Assembly: GCA_964057225.1 (NCBI GenBank)
Contig: OZ059900.1
Location: forward strand, 25,978,001 to 26,042,000
Length of the DNA: 64,000 nucleotides
Direction: 5' to 3'
Origin: Auanema rhodensis
Taxonomy: Eukaryota > Animalia > Nematoda
This document shows, piece after piece, positions 1 to 11,287 of the stretch (positions are counted from its first letter, which is position 1; each line of letters begins with the position of its first letter). A program made the position numbers and the translations under genes. A model generated the notes under the pieces. That model had not been told where the DNA came from and made no database searches. It worked only from the letters and a program-made list of their open reading frames with translations.

Positions 1-342
1 TTTTTTTGTCGTGAAAGTGGAACTAGACGTTGTACGAACAATTTTGAGCTAGGTTTCATTGACATTGCATGAGTTTGAACACATGAAATCGTAAGTCAAA
101 ACCTTGTTTACAGCGAAATTTCCAAAAACTGGTTTTCCAGCATAATACAATATTTCTCATGGGAAATAGTGTGTTTTTATATTTTTCTAGTGTTCAGCAT
201 GTAAAATGCTTCATTTTAGTATGTAACACGCTGAAATTCGTTGCATTTGACGACTCATATGAACAAAAATTGATTTAATCAATATTAGCCATAAGGGGCG
301 TGCCCTCAGAATATGCTAATTTCCTTAATTTTCTAACCCATG
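1..342 (+). repeat. Representative monomer (phase arbitrary), 114/342 G+C, with many A/T tracts
   Basis: Read and counted directly. Position 343 restarts the T7-GTCGTGAAAG motif. Confidence 0.97.
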
Positions 343-2052
343 TTTTTTTGTCGTGAAAGTGGAACTAGACGTTGTACGAACAATTTTGAGCTAGGTTTCA
401 TTGACATTGCATGAGTTTGAACACATGCAATCGTAAGTCAAAACCTTGTTTACAGCGAAATTTCCAAAAACTGGTTTTCCAGCATAATAAAATATTTCTC
501 ATGGGAAAAACTGTGTTTTTGTATTTTTCTAGTGTTCAGCATGTAAAATGCTTTATTTTAATATGTAACACGCTGAAATTCGTTGCATTTGACGACTCAT
601 ATGAACAAAAATCGATTTAATCAATATTAGCCATAAGGGGCGTGCCCTCAGAATATGCTAATTTCCTTAATTTTCTAACCCCTGTTTTTTTGTCGTGAAA
701 GTGGAACTAGACGTTGTACGAACAATTTTGAGCTAAGTTTCATTGACATTGCATGAGTTTGAACACATGAAATCGTAAGTCAAAACCTTGTTTACATCGA
801 AATTTCCAAAAACTGGTTTTCCAGCATAATAAAATATTTCTCATGAGAAATACTGTGTTTTTGTATTTTTTCAATGTTCAGCATGTAAAATGCTTCATTT
901 TGATATGTAAAACGCTGAAATTCGTTGCATTTGACGACTCATATGAACAAAAATCGATTTTATCAATATTAGCCATAAGGGGCGTGCCCTCAGAATATGC
1001 TAATTTCCTTAATTTTCTAACCCCTGTTTTTTTGTCGTGAAAGTGGAACTAGACGTTGTACGAACAATTTTGAGCTAGGTTTCATTGACATTGCATGAGT
1101 TTGAACACATGAAATCGTAAGTCAAAACCTTGTTTACAGCAAAATTTCCAAAAACTGGTATTCCAGCATAATAAAATATTTCTCATGGGAAATACAGTGT
1201 TTTTGTATTTTTTTAGTGTTCAGCATGTAAAATGCTTTATTTTAATATGTAACACGCTGAAATTCGTTGCATTTGACGACTCATATGAACAAAAATCGAT
1301 TTAATCAATATTAGCCATAAGGGGCGTGCCCTCAGAATATGCTAATTTCCTTAATTTTCTAACCCCTGTTTTTTTGTCGTGAAAGTGGAACTAGACGTTG
1401 TACGAACAATTTTGAGCTAAGTTTCATTGACATTGCATGAGTTTGAACACATGAAATCGTAAGTCAAAACCTTGTTTACATCGAAATTTCCAAAAACTGG
1501 TTTTCCAGCATAATAAAATATTTCTCATGAGAAATACTGTGTTTTTGTATTTTTTTAATGTTCAGCATGTAAAATGCTTCATTTTGATATGTAAAACGCT
1601 GAAATTCGTTGCATTTGACGACTCATATGAACAAAAATCGATTTTATCAATATTAGCCATAAGGGGCGTGCCCTCAGAATATGCTAATTTCCTTAATTTT
1701 CTAACCCCTGTTTTTTTGTCGTGAAAGTGGAACTAGACGTTGTACGAACAATTTTGAGCTAGGTTTCATTGACATTGCATGAGTTTGAACACATGAAATC
1801 GTAAGTCAAAACCTTGTTTACAGCGAAATTTCCAAAAACTGGTTTTCCAGCATAATACAATATTTCTCATGGGAAATAGTGTGTTTTTATATTTTTCTAG
1901 TGTTCAGCATGTAAAATGCTTCATTTTAGTATGTAACACGCTGAAATTCGTTGCATTTGACGACTCATATGAACAAAAATTGATTTAATCAATATTAGCC
2001 ATAAGGGGCGTGCCCTCAGAATATGCTAATTTCCTTAATTTTCTAACCCATG

Positions 2053-5000
2053 TTTTTTTGTCGTGAAAGTGGAACTAGACGTTGTACGAACAATTTTGAG
2101 CTAGGTTTCATTGACATTGCATGAGTTTGAACACATGCAATCGTAAGTCAAAACCTTGTTTACAGCGAAATTTCCAAAAACTGGTTTTCCAGCATAATAA
2201 AATATTTCTCATGGGAAAAACTGTGTTTTTGTATTTTTCTAGTGTTCAGCATGTAAAATGCTTTATTTTAATATGTAACACGCTGAAATTCGTTGCATTT
2301 GACGACTCATATGAACAAAAATCGATTTAATCAATATTAGCCATAAGGGGCGTGCCCTCAGAATATGCTAATTTCCTTAATTTTCTAACCCCTGTTTTTT
2401 TGTCGTGAAAGTGGAACTAGACGTTGTACGAACAATTTTGAGCTAAGTTTCATTGACATTGCATGAGTTTGAACACATGAAATCGTAAGTCAAAACCTTG
2501 TTTACAGCGAAATTTCCAAAAACTGGTTTTCCAGCATAATAAAATATTTCTCATGAGAAATACTGTGTTTTTGTATTTTTTTAATGTTCAGCATGTAAAA
2601 TGCTTTATTTTGATATGTAAAACGCTGAAATTCGTTGCATTTGACGACTCATATGAACAAAAATCGATTTTATCAATATTAGCCATAAGGGGCGTGCCCT
2701 CAGAATATGCTAATTTCCTTAATTTTCTAACCCCTGTTTTTTTGTCGTGAAAGTGGAACTAGACGTTGTACGAACAATTTTGAGCTAGGTTTCATTGACA
2801 TTGCATGAGTTTGAACACATGAAATCGTAAGTCAAAACCTTGTTTACAGCGAAATTTCCAAAAACTGGTTTTCCAGCATAATAAAATATTTCTCATGGGA
2901 AATACTGTGTTTTTGTATTTTTTCAGTGTTCAGCATGTAAAATGCTTCATTTTAGTATGTAACACGCTGAAATTCGTTGCATTTGACGACTCATATGAAC
3001 AAAAATCGATTTAATCAATATTAGCCATAAGGGGCGTGCCCTCAGAATATGCTAATTTCCTTAATTTTCTAACCCCTGTTTTTTTGTCGTGAAAGTGGAA
3101 CTAGACGTTGTACGAACAATTTTGAGCTAGGTTTCATTGACATTGCATGAGTTTGAACACATGAAATCGTAAGTCAAAACCTTGTTTACAGCGAAATTTC
3201 CAAAAACTGGTTTTCCAGCATAATAAAATATTTCTCATGGGAAATACTGTGTTTTTGTATTTTTTTAGTGTTCAGCATGTAAAATGCGTCATTTTAGTAT
3301 GTAAAACGCTGAAATTCGTCGCATTTGACGACTCATATGAACAAAAATCGATTTTATCAATATTAGCCATAAGGGGCGTGCCCTCAGAATATGCTAATTT
3401 CCTTAATTTTCTAACCCCTGTTTTTTTGTCGTGAAAGTGGAACTAGACGTTGTACGAACAATTTTGAGCTAGGTTTCATTGACATTGCATGAGTTTGAAC
3501 ACATGAAATCGTAAGTCAAAACCTTGTTTACAGCAAAATTTCCAAAAACTGGTTTTCCAGCATAATAAAATATTTCTCATGAGAAATACTGTGTTTTCAT
3601 ATTTTTCAAGTGTTCAGCATGTAAAATGCTTCATTTTAGTATGTAACACGCTGAAATTCCTTGCATTTGACGACTCATATGAACAAAAATCGATTTAATC
3701 AATATTAGCCATAAGGGGCGTGCCCTCAGAATTTGCTAATTTCCTTAATTTTCTAACCCCTGTTTTTTTGTCGTGAAAGTGGAACTAGACGTTGTACAAA
3801 CAATTTTGAGCTAGGTTTCATTGACATTGCATGAGTTTGAACACATGAAATCGTAAGTCAAAACCTTGTTTACAGCGAAATTTCCAAAAACTGGTTTTCC
3901 AGCATAATAAAATATTTCTCATGGGAAATACTGTGTTTTTGTATTTTTCTAGTGTTCAGCATGTAAAATGCTTTATTTTAATATGTAACACGCTGAAATT
4001 CGTTGCATTTGACGACTCATATGAACAAAAATCGATTTAATCAATATTAGCCATAAGGGGCGTGCCCTCAGAATATGCTAATTTCCTTAATTTTCTAACC
4101 CCTGTTTTTTTGTCGTGAAAGTGGAACTAGACGTTGTACGAACAATTTTGAGCTAGGTTTCATTGACATTGCATGAGTTTGAACACATGAAATCGTAAGT
4201 CAAAACCTTGTTTACAGCGAAATTTCCAAAAACTGGTTTTCCAGCATAATAAAATATTTCTCATGGGAAAAACTGTGTTTTTGTATTTTTCTAGTGTTCA
4301 GCATGTAAAATGCTTTATTTTAATATGTAACACGCTGAAATTCGTTGCATTTGACGACTCATATGAACAAAAATCGATTTAATCAATATTAGCCATAAGG
4401 GGCGTGCCCTCAGAATATGCTAATTTCCTTAATTTTCTAACCCCTGTTTTTTTGTCGTGAAAGTGGAACTAGACGTTGTACGAACAATTTTGAGCTAAGT
4501 TTCATTGACATTGCATGAGTTTGAACACATGAAATCGTAAGTCAAAACCTTGTTTACAGCGAAATTTCCAAAAACTGGTTTTCCAGCATAATAAAATATT
4601 TCTCATGAGAAATACTGTGTTTTTGTATTTTTTTAATGTTCAGCATGTAAAATGCTTTATTTTGATATGTAAAACGCTGAAATTCGTTGCATTTGACGAC
4701 TCATATGAACAAAAATCGATTTTATCAATATTAGCCATAAGGGGCGTGCCCTCAGAATATGCTAATTTCCTTAATTTTCTAACCCCTGTTTTTTTGTCGT
4801 GAAAGTGGAACTAGACGTTGTACGAACAATTTTGAGCTAGGTTTCATTGACATTGCATGAGTTTGAACACATGAAATCGTAAGTCAAAACCTTGTTTACA
4901 GCGAAATTTCCAAAAACTGGTTTTCCAGCATAATAAAATATTTCTCATGGGAAATACTGTGTTTTTGTATTTTTTCAGTGTTCAGCATGTAAAATGCTTC

Positions 5001-8000
5001 ATTTTAGTATGTAACACGCTGAAATTCGTTGCATTTGACGACTCATATGAACAAAAATCGATTTAATCAATATTAGCCATAAGGGGCGTGCCCTCAGAAT
5101 ATGCTAATTTCCTTAATTTTCTAACCCCTGTTTTTTTGTCGTGAAAGTGGAACTAGACGTTGTACGAACAATTTTGAGCTAGGTTTCATTGACATTGCAT
5201 GAGTTTGAACACATGAAATCGTAAGTCAAAACCTTGTTTACAGCGAAATTTCCAAAAACTGGTTTTCCAGCATAATAAAATATTTCTCATGGGAAATACT
5301 GTGTTTTTGTATTTTTTTAGTGTTCAGCATGTAAAATGCGTCATTTTAGTATGTAAAACGCTGAAATTCGTCGCATTTGACGACTCATATGAACAAAAAT
5401 CGATTTTATCAATATTAGCCATAAGGGGCGTGCCCTCAGAATATGCTAATTTCCTTAATTTTCTAACCCCTGTTTTTTTGTCGTGAAAGTGGAACTAGAC
5501 GTTGTACGAACAATTTTGAGCTAGGTTTCATTGACATTGCATGAGTTTGAACACATGCAATCGTAAGTCAAAACCTTGTTTACAGCGAAATTTCCAAAAA
5601 CTGGTTTTCCAGCATAATAAAATATTTCTCATGGGAAAAACTGTGTTTTTGTATTTTTCTAGTGTTCAGCATGTAAAATTCTTTATTTTAATATGTAACA
5701 CGCTGAAATTCGTTGCATTTGACGACTCATATGAACAAAAATCGATTTAATCAATATTAGCCATAAGGGGCGTGCCCTCAGAATATGCTAATTTCCTTAA
5801 TTTTCTAACCCCTGTTTTTTTGTCGTGAAAGTGGAACTAGACGTTGTACGAACAATTTTGAGCTAAGTTTCATTGACATTGCATGAGTTTGAACACATGA
5901 AATCGTAAGTCAAAACCTTGTTTACAGCGAAATTTCCAAAAACTGGTTTTCCAGCATAATAAAATATTTCTCATGAGAAATACTGTGTTTTTGTATTTTT
6001 TTAATGTTCAGCATGTAAAATGCTTTATTTTGATATGTAAAACGCTGAAATTCGTTGCATTTGACGACTCATATGAACAAAAATCGATTTTATCAATATT
6101 AGCCATAAGGGGCGTGCCCTCAGAATATGCTAATTTCCTTAATTTTCTAACCCCTGTTTTTTTGTCGTGAAAGTGGAACTAGACGTTGTACGAACAATTT
6201 TGAGCTAGGTTTCATTGACATTGCATGAGTTTGAACACATGAAATCGTAAGTCAAAACCTTGTTTACAGCGAAATTTCCAAAAACTGGTTTTCCAACATA
6301 ATAAAATATTTCTCATGGGAAATACTGTGTTTTTGTATTTTTTCAGTGTTCAGCATGTAAAATGCTTCATTTTAGTATGTAACACGCTGAAATTCGTTGC
6401 ATTTGACGACTCATATGAACAAAAATCGATTTAATCAATATTAGCCATAAGGGGCGTGCCCTCAGAATATGCTAATTTCCTTAATTTTCTAACCCCTGTT
6501 TTTTTGTCGTGAAAGTGGAACTAGACGTTGTACGAACAATTTTGAGCTAGGTTTCATTGACATTGCATGAGTTTGAACACATGAAATCGTAAGTCAAAAC
6601 CTTGTTTACAGCGAAATTTCCAAAAACTGGTTTTCCAGCATAATAAAATATTTCTCATGGGAAATACTGTGTTTTTGTATTTTTTTAGTGTTCAGCATGT
6701 AAAATGCGTCATTTTAGTATGTAAAACGCTGAAATTCGTCGCATTTGACGACTCATATGAACAAAAATCGATTTTATCAATATTAGCCATAAGGGGCGTG
6801 CCCTCAGAATATGCTAATTTCCTTAATTTTCTAACCCCTGTTTTTTTGTCGTGAAAGTGGAACTAGACGTTGTACGAACAATTTTGAGCTAGGTTTCATT
6901 GACATTGCATGAGTTTGAACACATGAAATCGTAAGTCAAAACCTTGTTTACAGCAAAATTTCCAAAAACTGGTTTTCCAGCATAATAAAATATTTCTCAT
7001 GAGAAATACTGTGTTTTCATATTTTTCAAGTGTTCAGCATGTAAAATGCTTCATTTTAGTATGTAACACGCTGAAATTCCTTGCATTTGACGACTCATAT
7101 GAACAAAAATCGATTTAATCAATATTAGCCATAAGGGGCGTGCCCTCAGAATTTGCTAATTTCCTTAATTTTCTAACCCCTGTTTTTTTGTCGTGAAAGT
7201 GGAACTAGACGTTGTACAAACAATTTTGAGCTAGGTTTCATTGACATTGCATGAGTTTGAACACATGAAATCGTAAGTCAAAACCTTGTTTACAGCGAAA
7301 TTTCCAAAAACTGGTTTTCCAGCATAATAAAATATTTCTCATGGGAAATACTGTGTTTTTGTATTTTTCTAGTGTTCAGCATGTAAAATGCTTTATTTTA
7401 ATATGTAACACGCTGAAATTCGTTGCATTTGACGACTCATATGAACAAAAATCGATTTAATCAATATTAGCCATAAGGGGCGTGCCCTCAGAATATGCTA
7501 ATTTCCTTAATTTTCTAACCCCTGTTTTTTTGTCGTGAAAGTGGAACTAGACGTTGTACGAACAATTTTGAGCTAGGTTTCATTGACATTGCATGAGTTT
7601 GAACACATGAAATCGTAAGTCAAAACCTTGTTTACAGCGAAATTTCCAAAAACTGGTTTTCCTGCATAATACAATATTTCTCATGGGAAATAGTGTGTTT
7701 TTATATTTTTCTAGTGTTCAGCATGTAAAATGTTTCATTTTAGTATGTAACACGCTGAAATTCGTTGCATTTGACGACTCATATGAACAAAAATTGATTT
7801 AATCAATATTAGCCATAAGGGGCGTGCCCTCAGAATATGCTAATTTCCTTAATTTTCTAACCCCTGTTTTTTTGTCGTGAAAGTGGAACTAGACGTTGTA
7901 CGAACAATTTTGAGCCAGGTTTCATTGACATTGCATGAGTTTGAACACATGCAATCGTAAGTCAAAACCTTGTTTACAGCGAAATTTCCAAAAACTGGTT

Positions 8001-11000
8001 TTCCAGCATAATAAAATATTTCTCATGGGAAAAACTGTGTTTTTGTATTTTTCTAGTGTTCAGCATGTAAAATGCTTTATTTTAATATGTAACACGCTGA
8101 AATTCGTTGCATTTGACGACTCATATGAACAAAAATCGATTTAATCAATATTAGCCATAAGGGGCGTGCCCTCAGAATATGCTAATTTCCTTAATTTTCT
8201 AACCCCTGTTTTTTTGTCGTGAAAGTGGAACTAGACGTTGTACGAACAATTTTGAGCTAAGTTTCATTGACATTGCATGAGTTTGAACACATGAAATCGT
8301 AAGTCAAAACCTTGTTTACAGCGAAATTTCCAAAAACTGGTTTTCCAGCATAATAAAATATTTCTCATGAGAAATACTGTGTTTTTGTATTTTTTTAATG
8401 TTCAGCATGTAAAATGCTCTATTTTGATATGTAAAACGCTGAAATTCGTTGCATTTGACGACTCATATGAACAAAAATCGATTTTATCAATATTAGCCAT
8501 AAGGGGCGTGCCCTCAGAATATGCTAATTTCCTTAATTTTCTAACCCCTGTTTTTTTGTCGTGAAAGTGGAACTAGACGTTGTACGAACAATTTTGAGCT
8601 AGGTTTCATTGACATTGCATGAGTTTGAACACATGAAATCGTAAGTCAAAACCTTGTTTACAGCGAAATTTCCAAAAACTGGTTTTCCAGCATAATAAAA
8701 TATTTCTCATGGGAAATACTGTGTTTTTGTATTTTTTCAGTGTTCAGCATGTAAAATGCTTCATTTTAGTATGTAACACGCTGAAATTCGTTGCATTTGA
8801 CGACTCATATGAACAAAAATCGATTTAATCAATATTAGCCATAAGGGGCGTGCCCTCAGAATATGCTAATTTCCTTAATTTTCTAACCCCTGTTTTTTTG
8901 TCGTGAAAGTGGAACTAGACGTTGTACGAACAATTTTGAGCTAGGTTTCATTGACATTGCATGAGTTTGAACACATGAAATCGTAAGTCAAAACCTTGTT
9001 TACAGCGAAATTTCCAAAAACTGGTTTTCCAGCATAATAAAATATTTCTCATGGGAAATACTGTGTTTTTGTATTTTTTTAGTGTTCAGCATGTAAAATG
9101 CGTCATTTTAGTATGTAAAACGCTGAAATTCGTCGCATTTGACGACTCATATGAACAAAAATCGATTTTATCAATATTAGCCATAAGGGGCGTGCCCTCA
9201 GAATATGCTAATTTCCTTAATTTTCTAACCCCTGTTTTTTTGTCGTGAAAGTGGAACTAGACGTTGTACGAACAATTTTGAGCTAGGTTTCATTGACATT
9301 GCATGAGTTTGAACACATGAAATCGTAAGTCAAAACCTTGTTTACAGCAAAATTTCCAAAAACTGGTTTTCCAGCATAATAAAATATTTCTCATGGGAAA
9401 TACAGTGTTTTTGTATTTTTTTAGTGTTCAGCATGTAAAATGTGTCATTTTAGTATGTAAAACGCTGAAATTCGTTGCATTTGACGACTCATATGAACAA
9501 AAATCGATTTTATCAATATTAGCCATAAGGGGCGTGCCCTCAGAATATGCTAATTTCCTTAATTTTCTAACCCCTGTTTTTTTGTAGTGAAAGTGGAACT
9601 AGACGTTGTACGAACAATTTTGAGCTAGGTTTCATTGACATTGCATGAGTTTGAACACATGAAATCGTAAGTCAAAACCTTGTTTACAGCGAAATTTCCA
9701 AAAACTGGTTTTCCAGCATAATAAAATATTTCTCATGAGAAATACTGTGTTTTTATATTTTTCTAGTGTTCAGCATGTAAAATGCTTCATTTTAGTATGT
9801 AACACGCTGAAATTCGTTGCATTTGACGACTCATATGAACAAAAATTGATTTAATCAATATTAGCCATAAGGGGCGTGCCCTCAGAATATGCTAATTTCC
9901 TTAATTTTCTAACCCCTGTTTTTTTGTCGTGAAAGTGGAACTAGACGTTGTACGAACAATTTTGAGCTAGGTTTCATTGACATTGCATGAGTTTGAACAC
10001 ATGCAATCGTAAGTCAAAACCTTGTTTACAGCGAAATTTCCAAAAACTGGTTTTCCAGCATAATAAAATATTTCTCATGGGAAAAACTGTGTTTTTGTAT
10101 TTTTCTAGTGTTCAGCATGTAAAATGCTTTATTTTAATATGTAACACGCTGAAATTCGTTGCATTTGACGACTCATATGAACAAAAATCGATTTAATCAA
10201 TATTAGCCATAAGGGGCGTGCCCTCAGAATATGCTAATTTCCTTAATTTTCTAACCCCTGTTTTTTTGTCGTGAAAGTGGAACTAGACGTTGTACGAACA
10301 ATTTTGAGCTAAGTTTCATTGACATTGCATGAGTTTGAACACATGAAATCGTAAGTCAAAACCTTGTTTACAGCGAAATTTCCAAAAACTGGTTTTCCAG
10401 CATAATAAAATATTTCTCATGAGAAATACTGTGTTTTTGTATTTTTTTTAATGTTCAGCATGTAAAATGCTTCATTTTGATATGTAAAACGCTGAAATTC
10501 GTTGCATTTGACGACTCATATGAACAAAAATCGATTTTATCAATATTAGCCATAAGGGGCGTGCCCTCAGAATATGCTAATTTCCTTAATTTTCTAACCC
10601 CTGTTTTTTTGTCGTGAAAGTGGAACTAGACGTTGTACGAACAATTTTGAGCTAGGTTTCATTGACATTGCATGAGTTTGAACACATGAAATCGTAAGTC
10701 AAAACCTTGTTTACAGCGAAATTTCCAAAAACTGGTTTTCCAGCATAATAAAATATTTCTCATGGGAAATACTGTGTTTTTGTATTTTTTCAGTGTTCAG
10801 CATGTAAAATGCTTCATTTTAGTATGTAACACGCTGAAATTCGTTGCATTTGACGACTCATATGAACAAAAATCGATTTAATCAATATTAGCCATAAGGG
10901 GCGTGCCCTCAGAATATGCTAATTTCCTTAATTTTCTAACCCCTGTTTTTTTGTCGTGAAAGTGGAACTAGACGTTGTACGAACAAATTTGAGCTAGGTT

Positions 11001-11287
11001 TCATTGACATTGCATGAGTTTGAACACATGAAATCGTAAGTCAAAACCTTGTTTACAGCGAAATTTCCAAAAACTGGTTTTCCAGCATAATAAAATATTT
11101 CTCATGGGAAATACTGTGTTTTTGTATTTTTTTAGTGTTCAGCATGTAAAATGCGTCATTTTAGTATGTAAAACGCTGAAATTCGTTGCATTTGACGACT
11201 CATATGAACAAAAATCGATTTTATCAATATTAGCCATAAGGGGCGTGCCCTCAGAATATGCTAATTTCCTTAATTTTCTAACCCCTG
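2053..11287 (+). repeat. Left domain: recurring 4-monomer cassette (B-C-E-F) with variable intervening monomers
   Basis: The order B (ACATGCAAT, GGGAAAAACT), C (GCTAAG, CATGAGAAAT, AATGTTC), E (TTTTCAGTG), F (GCGTCATT) starts at 2053, 4105 (B lacking GCAAT), 5473, 7867 and 9919. Confidence 0.8.

Noticed and set aside
59-146. Bacterial promoter-like hexamers (TTGACA at 59-64, CATAAT at 141-146)
   Set aside because: The spacing is far from the 16-18 bp needed, such matches are expected by chance in AT-rich DNA, and the context is satellite.
236-252. CENP-B box-like motif ATTCGTTGCATTTGACG
   Set aside because: It matches TTCG and the central A of the NTTCGNNNNANNCGGGN core but lacks CGGG (6 of 9 core positions), and the TTCG is polymorphic among monomers.
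333-340. Telomere-like CTAACCC motif
   Set aside because: There is a single copy per monomer and it is not tandemly repeated.
1-342. 5S rRNA, tRNA, snRNA or spliced-leader gene tandem array (the T7 run could be a Pol III terminator)
   Set aside because: I could not recognise a 5S, tRNA or snRNA sequence or A/B/C boxes, and GC content is low. An Rfam/Infernal cmscan of the monomer would settle it.
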